DNA of 20,000 nt, taken from IMG/VR virus record IMGVR_UViG_3300000117_000018; one strand, 5' to 3'. The notes beneath the pieces were generated by a model. That model had not been told where the DNA came from, ran no database searches, and was given only the letters and a program-made list of their open reading frames with translations. Each line of letters opens with the position of its first letter. Position 1 is the first letter of the stretch. Source of the DNA: an uncultured virus (IMG/VR IMGVR_UViG_3300000117_000018). Its lineage: Duplodnaviria; Heunggongvirae; Uroviricota; Caudoviricetes. Below, piece after piece: positions 1 to 9,027 of the stretch. Position numbers and translations under genes: made by a program.

Positions 1-81
1 GCAGTTAAGGCCGCTCCAACACGGCCGGGTGATTCCAAAGTTGGAGAAAAACAAATGAAAAAATTTAAGGAAATGAGGTAA
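1..81 (+). CDS. 3' end of a hypothetical protein (partial; ...AVKAAPTRPGDSKVGEKQMKKFKEMR*)
   Basis: Open frame 1 from the window edge to TAA at 79-81, immediately before the ATG at 85. Confidence 0.6.
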   Translation, partial: AVKAAPTRPGDSKVGEKQMKKFKEMR

Positions 82-84
82 ATT

Positions 85-390
85 ATGGTAAACAAACCAG
101 GTTGGCTTGAAGAAGCTATTGCAAAACCCGATGGATATTACACTGTTGACGGTGAAAAACTAAAGGGTGTTATGTTAACTCCACAGCAAGTAGATGAATG
201 GAACGGGACAACAGCACCAGCTGCAGATCCAGAACCAGAAATGCTAGTTGAAGCTCCTACAGCAGCGGCAGATCTAAACGAAATGTCAAAGCGTGAGCTT
301 GAAGAACTTGGCCGTGAGCATGGTGTTGAACTTGATCGTAGAGAGTCAAAATCTAAACTAGTTGCAAAAATGAAAAAACTGGTTGAGTAG
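85..390 (+). CDS. Hypothetical protein with C-terminal Rho-N/HeH-like helical domain
   Basis: ORF with SD GAGG. C-terminus DLNEMSKRELEELGREHGVELDRRESKSKLVAKM resembles Rho-N/HeH nucleic-acid-binding motifs. Confidence 0.65.
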   Translation: MVNKPGWLEEAIAKPDGYYTVDGEKLKGVMLTPQQVDEWNGTTAPAADPEPEMLVEAPTAAADLNEMSKRELEELGREHGVELDRRESKSKLVAKMKKLVE

Positions 391-437
391 TCATCTAGGT
401 TAATAAATAGACTTATATAAGTTTATAACCTAGGTGA
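391..437 (+). promoter_or_regulatory. RBS-sequestering hairpin containing a T4-type late promoter variant (AATAAATA 402-409)
   Basis: Arms TCATCTAGGTTA (391-402) and TAACCTAGGTGA (426-437) pair over 12 bp with one G-U. The 3' arm holds SD AGGTG (432-436) for the ATG at 444. Confidence 0.65.
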
Positions 438-443
438 AAAAGA

Positions 444-812
444 ATGAAAATATTTGAAGAGTTGAACGATGATAACTGGATGATGTATGCATCTAAGTAT
501 TATAAAAACGTTCAATGTACAAGCGTAGAAGAATTTTATGATGATCTACAGAGGTTTAAGTATCTTAAAAGATTATTCAAAAGATACTTGAATAATGATG
601 ATTTGCAAGAGAGGTTAATACTAAATCATATTATTGTACTCAATAATGTATTTGGTATTGAAGAGGCCAATAAGATGCTCTTCTATAAAATAGATAAGGA
701 TCAATGGCCTATTCTTAAAACCTTTCTAGTGTATCTAAACTTTTTAAGTGAAGATGCATATGTAGAGATTCCGTTAGATCAAAATATAATAAAGGTATTA
801 AGGGCAATCTAA
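444..812 (+). CDS. Conserved T4-like phage hypothetical protein
   Basis: 122 aa ORF. The EEFYDDLQRFKYLKRLF...RLILNHIIVLNNVFG pattern is recalled from T4-like aquatic myophages. Confidence 0.8.
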   Translation: MKIFEELNDDNWMMYASKYYKNVQCTSVEEFYDDLQRFKYLKRLFKRYLNNDDLQERLILNHIIVLNNVFGIEEANKMLFYKIDKDQWPILKTFLVYLNFLSEDAYVEIPLDQNIIKVLRAI

Positions 813-1400
813 ATGGGTATTATATCAAGAGCAGCTGATTTATACTACACATATAAGTTTCTTAAAACTCTAGTCACAGACTGGGAGGACATGGAAGCTT
901 ATAAGTTGGGTGTAATTGATGACAATGGTAAATTCCTATTGAAAGGTAAACAACTAACGTCTGATCAAAAAGATGCCTTTACTGTCTTTCATCGCTTGGT
1001 CTTCAATCTCAAACGTATTATGCAAAAAGTACCGTTTGGTAAATCTAAACTTGCTTCATATGCAGCAGCTCTCTTTCTATTAAGAGAACATACTGGCATG
1101 TCTGAAGAGCAAATTGCAAAAGCTCTTGATGAAGCTGGTGTTGATATAGATTCCTTTCTTCCAGAAGAAACACAATGGAATGTACAGCCTGATAAATCAT
1201 TATCACCTGGTGTGTATGTCTTAGAACAAGACATGGCTTCTCCTAGTACAGGTGATATGATTTATCGTAAAGGAACTAAAATAACTGTTGCAGAAAACAC
1301 AAAACCTTGTGGTTCTGTGTTTGGAGAACTTATATATAATATCAGACATGTTGATACAAAGACTAATTTATACGTAACAGCATCGGATATACTAAGATGA
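813..1400 (+). CDS. Conserved T4-like phage hypothetical protein
   Basis: 195 aa ORF abutting the previous stop. The AYKLGVIDDNGK...FHRLVFNLKR...SYAAALFLLRE pattern is recalled from T4-like myophages. Confidence 0.8.
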   Translation: MGIISRAADLYYTYKFLKTLVTDWEDMEAYKLGVIDDNGKFLLKGKQLTSDQKDAFTVFHRLVFNLKRIMQKVPFGKSKLASYAAALFLLREHTGMSEEQIAKALDEAGVDIDSFLPEETQWNVQPDKSLSPGVYVLEQDMASPSTGDMIYRKGTKITVAENTKPCGSVFGELIYNIRHVDTKTNLYVTASDILR

Positions 1401-1660
1401 AAAAATTTAATGCATGGATAGAAGAAGGCGGTCTCTGGGATAATATACGTAAGCGTAGAGAATCTGGAAAGAGAATGCGTAAAAAAGGCGAAAAAGGTGC
1501 GCCTACTGCAGATGCAATAAAATCCGCGCAAAAAGAAGACGCACCAGCTAATGCAATTGCACATGGCGGTGTTGATATGAACCCAACGGGAAAACCTCGT
1601 AAGATGGATAAAAGAATGAAGTATCATCCTGAGAAAGTTTACCGTAGATCGAGAGGATAA
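1397..1660 (+). CDS. Small basic protein, possible internal head protein (CTS-like N-terminus)
   Basis: ATGA overlap with the upstream gene. N-terminus MKKFNAWIEE resembles the T4 capsid-targeting sequence MKTYQEFIAE; K/R-rich. Confidence 0.6.
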   Translation: MKKFNAWIEEGGLWDNIRKRRESGKRMRKKGEKGAPTADAIKSAQKEDAPANAIAHGGVDMNPTGKPRKMDKRMKYHPEKVYRRSRG

Positions 1661-1661
1661 T

Positions 1662-2126
1662 ATGCTATCAATTTTAGGATCTTTGCTAGGCTTTGCGGGT
1701 TCTGCCGCGCCAGCAGTTATGGATCATTTTAAGACAAAGCAGAACAATGCATTAGAATTAGATAAGATGCGTTTACACGCAGAGCTCCGTAAAGAGGGCT
1801 ACGACTATGATATGAAGATGTTTGATAAACAAGCTGCAGACAACGAGCACCAGCGATTAATCGAACATGATATATCAATCAATAAATCAACAGGCATTAT
1901 TGCTGGTCTACAGAAGTCTGTACGTCCAGTTATTACATATGCTTTCTTTGGTTTATTTGCTACTATTGAAGTAACATTGTTAATGAATGCTATAGAAAAT
2001 GGTACTCCATTTAATGAAGCTGTGACATTACTATGGGATGACGATACTAAAGCTATTTTTGCTGCTATTATCTCATTCTGGTTTGGTTCGCGTGCTATCG
2101 ATAAAGCTCGTTCAAGTCAAAAATAA
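1662..2126 (+). CDS. Holin-like membrane protein (3TM GTA-holin-like family)
   Basis: N-terminal hydrophobic helix, SVRPVITYAFFGLF TM segment and C-terminal IISFWFGSR motif. Confidence 0.6.
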   Translation: MLSILGSLLGFAGSAAPAVMDHFKTKQNNALELDKMRLHAELRKEGYDYDMKMFDKQAADNEHQRLIEHDISINKSTGIIAGLQKSVRPVITYAFFGLFATIEVTLLMNAIENGTPFNEAVTLLWDDDTKAIFAAIISFWFGSRAIDKARSSQK

Positions 2127-2129
2127 ACC

Positions 2130-2158
2130 TTTACAATTTAACTTATTTGTGATATAAT
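2130..2158 (+). promoter_or_regulatory. Early sigma70-type promoter for nrdA
   Basis: TTTACA (2130-2135), 17 nt spacer, TGaTATAAT (TATAAT 2153-2158). Confidence 0.85.
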
Positions 2159-2189
2159 ATATCTACAAAATGAGATAACGGAGTAGTCA

Positions 2190-4478
2190 ATGAATAATCA
2201 GATTATGGTAATAAAACGTAATGGACGAGGCAAAGAACCCTTTGACCTAGAAAAAGTCCATAAAGTTTTGGAGTGGGCCACTGACGAGATATCGGGAGTA
2301 TCAATCAGTGAGATAGAATTAAGATCTAATATTCAGTTGTATGATGGTATAAAAGCTTATGATATTCATGAGCTTCTTATTAAATCAGCGGCTGAACTTA
2401 TTAGTGAAGCAACTCCCAATTATCAATATGTAGCAGCTAGACTTATTAACTATAAACTACGTAAAGAAGTGTATGGTCAATTTGAGCCTTGGTTGTTTAG
2501 TCATATTGTAGAAAAGAATATTGAAAGAGGTGTATATGACGCTGATTTTCTTAATAAGTTTAACGATGAAGATCTACAAAAGCTAGAATCGTTCATCAAT
2601 CACAGCCGCGATAATGACTTCACTTATGTGGGCATGGAGCAATTTCGTAGCAAATACCTAGTCCAAGACCGTAACACTAAAAAATGTTATGAAACTCCAC
2701 AAGTATTATATATGATGATTGCAGCAACTCTGTTTGCAGACTACGGCAAGGATCGAATGAAGTGGATAAAAGACTACTATGACGCTATTTCTCAATTTTA
2801 TATTTCATTACCTACTCCCATTATGGCAGGTCTACGTACCGAAACGAGGCAATTCTCGTCCTGCGTTCTTATTGAGGCCGGTGATTCTCTTGATTCAATT
2901 AATTCAACAAGTACTTCAATTGTTCGTTACATTTCAAAGAAAGCTGGTATTGGCATTGGTTCTGGTTCTATTCGTGCTCTTGGTAGCCGTATACGTGACG
3001 GTGGGATCGTTCACACTGGGCTTATTCCCTTTCTAAAATACTTTCAAGCAGCCGTTAAATCCTGCTCTCAAGGTGGAGTAAGAGGTGGTGCTGCTACAGT
3101 GTATTTCCCATTGTGGCATCTAGAGTTTGAAAATCTTGTTGTATTGAAAAACAATAAGGGAACCGAAGAAACTCGTGTAAGGCAAATGGACTATGGGTTT
3201 CAATTAAACAAGCTTATGTATGAGCGTCTATTGAGTGGTGGTAATATTACGTTCTTCTCACCAAGTGATGTTCCTGGCTTGTACGATGCTTTCTATGCTG
3301 ATCAAGATGAATTCAAACGTCTTTATGAGATGTATGAAAAAGACGATTCTATTCGTAAATCATCTATTCCGGCTATGGAAGTATTTTCTCAACTAATTAC
3401 AGAACGTAAAGATACTGGTAGAATTTACATTATGAATGTTGATCATGCGAATGATCATGGGTCATTTATCCCTGAAAATGCACCTATTCGCATGAGCAAT
3501 CTCTGCTGTGAAATTGATCTACCAACAAAGCCTTTATCATCAGCCGACGATGAAGAAGGTGAAATATCATTATGTACTTTATCAGCTATAAACTGGGGAC
3601 TAATAAATGAACCAAAAGAATTCCAAAAGTACTGCACTCTTGCAGTACGTGCTCTTGATTCGCTCTTGGATTATCAAGATTATCCGGTGGCGGCAGCTTA
3701 TCGAAGCACTATGGACCGGCGCCCTCTGGGTGTTGGCATCATTAACTTGGCATACTTTTTGGCTAAAAGAGGACTTAAATATGATCAAAACTCGCTTAAC
3801 ACAATTGATGAATATGCTGAAGCATGGAGTTACTACCTTATTCAAGCTAGTGTGGAACTTGCTGAAGAGCGTGGCTCGTGTCTTAAAAGCACTGATACCA
3901 AATATCATCAAGGTTTATTTCCAAAAGATACTTACAAAACGGAAGTAAATGAACTGGTAAAACACAAAGAACGTATGCCATGGAAGTCACTTAAAAAGAA
4001 AGTGCTTCAATATGGCATACGTAACTCTACACTAATGGCATTAATGCCAGCTGAAACTTCAGCTCAGATATCTAATTCAACTAATGGTATTGAACCACCT
4101 CGTGCTTTGGTATCATATAAACAATCTAAAGATGGTGTGATGGCTCAGGTAGTACCTGGTTATCATCACTTAAAGAATAAATACGATCTGTTATGGGATC
4201 AACCTAATCCATCGGGTTATCTTCAGATCATGGCTGTCTTACAGAAATATATAGACCAAGGTATTTCAGTCAATACGTCATATAATCCTGAAAAATTCGA
4301 AGACAATAAAGTACCTATGTCTCAGATGATTACGGATCTAGTGACGTTCTATAAGTATGGTGGAAAGCAATTATATTATAACAACACATATGATGGATCA
4401 GGTGAAATGACAGATGCTCATGTAGATCTACCAAGCGAATTCGAAGACGACGAAAATTGCGACAGCTGTGTTATTTAG
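2190..4478 (+). CDS. nrdA: Ribonucleoside-diphosphate reductase class Ia alpha subunit with N-terminal ATP cone
   Basis: VIKRNG ATP cone, RQFSSCVL, SNLCCEI catalytic motif, MPAETSAQISNSTNGIEP, C-terminal CDSC redox pair. Confidence 0.98.
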   Translation: MNNQIMVIKRNGRGKEPFDLEKVHKVLEWATDEISGVSISEIELRSNIQLYDGIKAYDIHELLIKSAAELISEATPNYQYVAARLINYKLRKEVYGQFEPWLFSHIVEKNIERGVYDADFLNKFNDEDLQKLESFINHSRDNDFTYVGMEQFRSKYLVQDRNTKKCYETPQVLYMMIAATLFADYGKDRMKWIKDYYDAISQFYISLPTPIMAGLRTETRQFSSCVLIEAGDSLDSINSTSTSIVRYISKKAGIGIGSGSIRALGSRIRDGGIVHTGLIPFLKYFQAAVKSCSQGGVRGGAATVYFPLWHLEFENLVVLKNNKGTEETRVRQMDYGFQLNKLMYERLLSGGNITFFSPSDVPGLYDAFYADQDEFKRLYEMYEKDDSIRKSSIPAMEVFSQLITERKDTGRIYIMNVDHANDHGSFIPENAPIRMSNLCCEIDLPTKPLSSADDEEGEISLCTLSAINWGLINEPKEFQKYCTLAVRALDSLLDYQDYPVAAAYRSTMDRRPLGVGIINLAYFLAKRGLKYDQNSLNTIDEYAEAWSYYLIQASVELAEERGSCLKSTDTKYHQGLFPKDTYKTEVNELVKHKERMPWKSLKKKVLQYGIRNSTLMALMPAETSAQISNSTNGIEPPRALVSYKQSKDGVMAQVVPGYHHLKNKYDLLWDQPNPSGYLQIMAVLQKYIDQGISVNTSYNPEKFEDNKVPMSQMITDLVTFYKYGGKQLYYNNTYDGSGEMTDAHVDLPSEFEDDENCDSCVI

Positions 4479-4490
4479 AAAGGAAATCAA

Positions 4491-5612
4491 ATGTCAGTAT
4501 TCAAACAAAAAACTAAATCCCATATAGAGTCACAAATGTTCTTCGATGAAGGAGTTGATGTTGCACGATACGATATGCTAAAATATCCGCAATTGGATAA
4601 GATTACAGATAAGATGCTAGGATTCTTTTGGCGTCCAGAAGAAGTGGATGTATCTAAAGACCGTAGTGACTTTGCAAATCTTACAGTACATGAAAAGCAT
4701 ATCTTTACATCAAACCTTAAACGTCAAATCCTATTGGATTCTGTCCAAGGTCGTGGTCCAACTGAAACATTAATGCCTATTGCATCTCTTCCAGAGATTG
4801 AGCCATTAGTACAGACTTGGGCCTTTATGGAAACAATCCATAGCCGTTCATATACACATATTATTCGTAATGTATATCCTAATCCATCTATTGTATTTGA
4901 TAAGATGTTGGATATTAACGAAATTGCTGATTGCGCAAAGGATATTTCTAAGTACTATGATGAGTGTATTGACTATTGTAAATGGTGGTCTTTGTTGGGT
5001 GAAGGTATTCATACTGTAAATGGTGACAAGTTTCAGATTGATAAATTAGAAATGAAACGTAAACTATGGATGGCACTTAACTCAATTAATGTATTAGAAG
5101 GCGTAAGGTTCTATGTGTCCTTTGCTTGTTCTTGGGCATTTGCTGAGCTTAAACGTATGGAAGGTAATGCTAAGATTATTAAGTTTATTGCAAGGGATGA
5201 GAATACTCACCTAGCAGCAAGTCAAACTATTCTTAAGACTTTGCCTAAAGAAGATCCTGACTTTGCAGCAATTAAAGAGGAAATGGAACCACAAGTAACT
5301 CAAATGTTTATTGATGCTGTAGATCAAGAGAAAGTATGGGCTGACTATTTGTTTAAAGATGGTTCTATGATTGGCCTTAATGCTAATCTCCTATATAGCT
5401 ATATCGAATGGATTGCGGCCAAACGTATGAAAGCACTTGGCATCACTTCACCATATTCTACACCACAGGCAAACCCATTGCCATGGACAGAAAAATGGAT
5501 TGCTGGTGGTAATGTACAGGTTGCTCCTCAGGAAACTGAAATTAGTTCATATGTTATTGGTGGTGTAAAACAAGATATGGATAATGAAATGCTGAAAGGA
5601 ATGAGTCTATAA
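4491..5612 (+). CDS. nrdB: Ribonucleoside-diphosphate reductase class Ia beta subunit
   Basis: FFWRPEEVD, LDSVQGR, ETIHSRSYTH, LEGVRFYVSF, IARDENTH di-iron motifs; VAPQETE tail. Confidence 0.98.
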   Translation: MSVFKQKTKSHIESQMFFDEGVDVARYDMLKYPQLDKITDKMLGFFWRPEEVDVSKDRSDFANLTVHEKHIFTSNLKRQILLDSVQGRGPTETLMPIASLPEIEPLVQTWAFMETIHSRSYTHIIRNVYPNPSIVFDKMLDINEIADCAKDISKYYDECIDYCKWWSLLGEGIHTVNGDKFQIDKLEMKRKLWMALNSINVLEGVRFYVSFACSWAFAELKRMEGNAKIIKFIARDENTHLAASQTILKTLPKEDPDFAAIKEEMEPQVTQMFIDAVDQEKVWADYLFKDGSMIGLNANLLYSYIEWIAAKRMKALGITSPYSTPQANPLPWTEKWIAGGNVQVAPQETEISSYVIGGVKQDMDNEMLKGMSL

Positions 5613-5866
5613 TGAAAATAGAATTAATTACTAGACATGAGCCACCTTGTGTCTATTGTGAAAGTGCGAAAGGGTTCTTAGAAACTCGAAAGCAAGAGTA
5701 CAAAGAAACTGTTGTTGGTGAAGACATTACAAGAGAACAACTGATGGAACGGTTTCCTACTGCAAGATCTTTCCCTGTTGTGGTGATTAATGATAGACCG
5801 ATTGGAGGGTTTCAACAACTCAAAGATTATTTCTTATCAGCCGCTGTTTCAGGGATGTCACTATGA
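5612..5866 (+). CDS. nrdC: Glutaredoxin (NrdC-like)
   Basis: CVYC active site, SFP cis-Pro and IGGF motifs; follows nrdB. Confidence 0.9.
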   Translation: MKIELITRHEPPCVYCESAKGFLETRKQEYKETVVGEDITREQLMERFPTARSFPVVVINDRPIGGFQQLKDYFLSAAVSGMSL

Positions 5867-6027
5867 ATGATTGTTGGTCTTGCAAAGCAAAATTCAAAGT
5901 AACGTTTGATGATGAAGATCAAACAATAGCATTCTGTCCTGCCTGTGGAGAAGAAATGTTCGAAGAGATAAATATATCTGATGGACATTTTGTAATTGAC
6001 GACACAGGCGAAGAAGAGTGGGAATGA
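5863..6027 (+). CDS. Small zinc-ribbon protein (54 aa; not in ORF track)
   Basis: MNDCWSCKAKFKVTFDDEDQTIAFCPACGEEM...EEEWE*. Two CxxC pairs, acidic tail, ATGA overlaps at both ends. Confidence 0.8.
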   Translation: MNDCWSCKAKFKVTFDDEDQTIAFCPACGEEMFEEINISDGHFVIDDTGEEEWE

Positions 6028-6452
6028 ATTGGCTATATAACGATACAGAATACACCGAAACACCAGAAGAATATCATGGCTTTGTATATGTCATAACTGA
6101 ACTAGATACAGGAAAGATGTATGTTGGAAAGAAATTCTTTTGGAAACCTAAAACACTTCCAATTACCAAGACCAGAAAGCGACGAGTTAAGACACGCGTT
6201 GAAAGCGATTGGAAGACTTATTATGGCTCTTCTAAAGAAGTACAAACGTTAGTTGAAGAAAAAGGTGCAGATAACTATAGACGAGATATACTGCATCTAT
6301 GTAAGACTAAAGGTGAGTGCTCATACCTAGAAGCTAAAGAACAGTTTGACCGAGGAGTTTTACTTTCTGAAGGATACTATAATGAATTTATTGGATGTAA
6401 AATACATTCTAAGCATATTAAGGGTTTACAAACGATGAAAAGTGTGTTATAA
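6024..6452 (+). CDS. GIY-YIG family endonuclease
   Basis: GFVYVIT...MYVGKK (GIY-YIG variant), YYGSS, YLEAKEQF, YYN motifs. Start moved to ATG 6024. Confidence 0.8.
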   Translation: MNWLYNDTEYTETPEEYHGFVYVITELDTGKMYVGKKFFWKPKTLPITKTRKRRVKTRVESDWKTYYGSSKEVQTLVEEKGADNYRRDILHLCKTKGECSYLEAKEQFDRGVLLSEGYYNEFIGCKIHSKHIKGLQTMKSVL

Positions 6453-6453
6453 T
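6425..6453 (+). promoter_or_regulatory. Early sigma70-type promoter
   Basis: gTTTACA (6425-6430), 17 nt spacer, TGtTATAAT (6448-6453). Confidence 0.8.
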
Positions 6454-6462
6454 AATAGTATT

Positions 6463-6828
6463 ATGAAAAAAGATGGCAGCAATATAATTCCATTTCCAAG
6501 ATCCTCAGTTGAAAAGATTGAGGGTGTGGAAGAGTATGATTTGGAAACTACATATCATATTGTTGACGTAATCACTGAAGAACTAGAAGAACTTGGATAT
6601 GATTTAGATCAAACCCAGAAACGTGATATTGGAGTACTAGCAAATCTATTGTTTGCTTCTTTCCAAAGAAATCACAAAAATAATGAACATATATTCCATT
6701 ACATATTAGATGAATGTGATATTATGATAAAGGCAGCAAAAGAGTACATAGATGCTTTAGATAATCCTGCCGAAACTGATAATGAACTTGATGATGGAGA
6801 ACCCTCTAATGATAATAATCGATTATAA
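6463..6828 (+). CDS. Acidic hypothetical protein
   Basis: The track start (6442) lies inside the promoter, so ATG 6463 (MKKDGSNIIPFP) is the likely, nearly leaderless, start. Confidence 0.7.
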   Translation: MKKDGSNIIPFPRSSVEKIEGVEEYDLETTYHIVDVITEELEELGYDLDQTQKRDIGVLANLLFASFQRNHKNNEHIFHYILDECDIMIKAAKEYIDALDNPAETDNELDDGEPSNDNNRL

Positions 6829-7663
6829 TGCAATTGCAATTGCTGGTGTAGTTACACAAAAGATGCAAATAGACGAACACCTTATTCGTCATATGATCCT
6901 CAATACTATTCGGATGTACAATAAGAAATTCCGTAAAGAATACGGTGATGTTGTAATTGCATGTGATCATTCATCATGGCGTAAAGAAGTATTCCCTCAA
7001 TATAAGGCATCTCGTAAAAAAGGTCGGGAAGAATCTTCTATGGATTGGAATGAAGTCTTTCGTATTATTAATAAAGTACGGGAAGAAATTCGTGACAATA
7101 TGCCATACAAAGTTATTCATGTAGAGCGTTGTGAGGCTGATGATATTATTGGTACTCTAGTCTATGAGACTCAAGAGTTTGGTAAGAATGAACCTGTTAT
7201 GATTATCTCAGCTGATAAAGACTTTATTCAGTTACATAAGTTCAATAATGTTCGCCAATATAGTCCTATGCAAAAGAAATTTGTACAGCACGAAAACCCA
7301 CGGCTATATGCACTAGAGCATGTACTTAAAGGTGATAGTGGTGATGGCGTACCAAACGTACTCAGTCAAGATGACTGCTTTGTTGAAGGTATCCGTCAAA
7401 CACCAGTTACTCAAAAGAAAATTGATGCTATTCTTGCTGACTTAGATGAAGGCGAGTTGCTTTATGCAGCTTCTTGGTACCGTAACTATCAACGTAATGA
7501 CACTCTTATTAATCTTGCAAATACACCACAAGAGCTTAAGACTGAAATTATAAATAAGTTTGAAATACCAGCTCAACGTGGGCCAGGTAAAGTACTAAAC
7601 TATTTCGTAGCAAATAGGTGTAAAATGTTAATTGAATGTATTGAGGATTTTAATAATGGCTAA
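6809..7663 (+). CDS. rnh: T4-type RNase H (5'-3' exonuclease, FEN-like)
   Basis: IIIDYN, SWRKEVFPQYKASR, EADDIIG, SADKDFIQL, GDSGDGVPN motifs. SD GGAGA before ATG 6809. Confidence 0.93.
   Translation: MIIIDYNAIAIAGVVTQKMQIDEHLIRHMILNTIRMYNKKFRKEYGDVVIACDHSSWRKEVFPQYKASRKKGREESSMDWNEVFRIINKVREEIRDNMPYKVIHVERCEADDIIGTLVYETQEFGKNEPVMIISADKDFIQLHKFNNVRQYSPMQKKFVQHENPRLYALEHVLKGDSGDGVPNVLSQDDCFVEGIRQTPVTQKKIDAILADLDEGELLYAASWYRNYQRNDTLINLANTPQELKTEIINKFEIPAQRGPGKVLNYFVANRCKMLIECIEDFNNG
7549..7556 (+). promoter_or_regulatory. Possible T4 late promoter TATAAATA inside rnh
   Basis: Exact consensus about 100 nt upstream of the next gene; could occur by chance in AT-rich DNA. Confidence 0.4.
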
Positions 7664-8105
7664 TACTATTGTTCCAACTAAAATGACTATCCATCAGGTC
7701 TTAGAATTGATGGCTAAAGCTCCAACTAAAGTAGAAAAAGCGAAGGTACTTAAAGCTCATGAAAGTGTAGCTCTTAAGAGTATTTTACGTGGAGCTTTTG
7801 ACGACTCATTAGAGTTTAATCTTCCAAAAGGTAAACCACCATATGAAGCAGCTAGGGAAAGAGACTCTCGTCCTGCTACTACACACCAGTCTGTGAAACG
7901 CCTTACTTACTTTATTAAAGGTGGTCAAGGTGATCAGATCATGCCACCTAAAAGAGAACGTATGTTTATCTCTATCTTAGAGACTGTTATGGAAGAAGAT
8001 GCCGAGCTGTTTATTGCAATGAAAGATAAAAAGATGGCTGGTCTATATAAAGGTTTATCAAAAAAATTAGTTCAGGATACGTGGCCGAGTTTAATCAAAG
8101 AATAA
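7656..8105 (+). CDS. Conserved T4-like phage hypothetical protein
   Basis: SD GAGGA before ATG 7656. LKSILRGAFD...LPKGKPPY...KRERMFISILE pattern recalled downstream of rnh in aquatic T4-like phages. Confidence 0.8.
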   Translation: MANTIVPTKMTIHQVLELMAKAPTKVEKAKVLKAHESVALKSILRGAFDDSLEFNLPKGKPPYEAARERDSRPATTHQSVKRLTYFIKGGQGDQIMPPKRERMFISILETVMEEDAELFIAMKDKKMAGLYKGLSKKLVQDTWPSLIKE

Positions 8106-8141
8106 ATAGAATTATGATAACAAGAACTTACATTATCTAGT

Positions 8142-8175
8142 GCTTATGACGTGCAATACGTCATAGGCTTTTTTT
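8142..8175 (+). terminator. Rho-independent terminator
   Basis: GCTTATGACGT-gcaat-ACGTCATAGGC stem (11 bp, one G-U) followed by T7. Confidence 0.8.
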
Positions 8176-8235
8176 AACTTTAGCATAGGAGCAAAAGCTA
8201 TTTCTTCACTAACATCTCACCGTAGGAGAAAAGAC

Positions 8236-8403
8236 TTGCAAGGATCACAGATCGAAAGACTTAAACGGGATTCTAAAGAATTGAAGCACTACATTAAGAA
8301 ACAAGAGAAAAAGGGGGATAGTAACCTAGTCTATAAGCTTAGAGCTAAATACGAATATCTAAACTCTAAGATATCAGAAGTTGAATTGGATATTGCAATT
8401 TAA
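8236..8403 (+). CDS. Small helical hypothetical protein (55 aa, TTG start; not in ORF track)
   Basis: SD AGGAG at 8224-8228. MQGSQIERLKRDSKELKHYIKKQEKKGDSNLVYKLRAKYEYLNSKISEVELDIAI*. Confidence 0.7.
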   Translation: MQGSQIERLKRDSKELKHYIKKQEKKGDSNLVYKLRAKYEYLNSKISEVELDIAI

Positions 8404-8406
8404 TCC

Positions 8407-8435
8407 TTTACAAATGGATCAAACTGTGTTATAAT
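8407..8435 (+). promoter_or_regulatory. Early sigma70-type promoter
   Basis: TTTACA (8407-8412), 17 nt spacer, TGtTATAAT (8430-8435). Confidence 0.85.
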
Positions 8436-8460
8436 ATACTTACATTATGAGGAATTTATT

Positions 8461-9027
8461 ATGAATATTTTTATACTTGACGAAGACCCAGTACAGGCCG
8501 CACAACTTCAGTGCGATAAACATGTTGTTAAGATGATCGTGGAGTCAGCACAAATGCTGAGTACAGCTCATAGAATGCTAGACGGTAAACTAATTAAAAA
8601 GCCTTCTAAGTCTGGTAAACGTATGGTTAATTACTATGACTTATATGAAGGCGCCGACGATCTAGAAGCCGAAATGCTTTACTATAAAGCTGTACACCAC
8701 GGTCATCCATGTACAAAATGGACAATGGAATCATCCGAAAATTATTATTGGCACTACAAACACTTTGTTGCACTATGTGACGAGTATACTCATCGTTATG
8801 GCAAAGTACATAAGACTGACCATTTATTGCGTAATGCACTATGGGCACTCCCTAGGAATATCAAACAAGGACCTCTTACTCCGTTTGCCCTAGCTATGAA
8901 AGCTAATCCAGAATGCATTTATCGAGATGATCCCGTCAAATCATATAAATTATATTATCATACTAAAAAAGATCGATTTGATATGGTATGGACTAATAGA
9001 CAAACTCCGGAGTGGTGGAATGGCTGA
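8461..9027 (+). CDS. Pyrimidine-dimer DNA glycosylase/endonuclease V-like protein
   Basis: MNIFILDEDP..AA...CDKHVVKMIVESAQMLSTAH, HPCTKW and LCDEYTHRYGKVH motifs of the DenV-related family. Confidence 0.7.
   Translation: MNIFILDEDPVQAAQLQCDKHVVKMIVESAQMLSTAHRMLDGKLIKKPSKSGKRMVNYYDLYEGADDLEAEMLYYKAVHHGHPCTKWTMESSENYYWHYKHFVALCDEYTHRYGKVHKTDHLLRNALWALPRNIKQGPLTPFALAMKANPECIYRDDPVKSYKLYYHTKKDRFDMVWTNRQTPEWWNG

Noticed and set aside
989..1627. Minus-strand ORFs 989-1234 and 1262-1627
   Set aside because: Antisense shadows of coupled plus-strand genes, with no recognisable motifs.
2779..3948. Alternative-frame and antisense ORFs inside nrdA
   Set aside because: Wholly nested in an intact, conserved nrdA.
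2190..5612. Intron or intein in nrdA/nrdB
   Set aside because: Both ORFs are continuous and of normal class Ia length.
5967..5974. GATAAATA as a late promoter for the GIY-YIG gene
   Set aside because: One mismatch to consensus, inside a coding region of AT-rich DNA; indistinguishable from chance.
6024..6452. GIY-YIG gene as a mobile homing endonuclease
   Set aside because: Catalytic domain only, no evident DNA-binding tail, and translationally coupled in the operon; mobility is unsupported.
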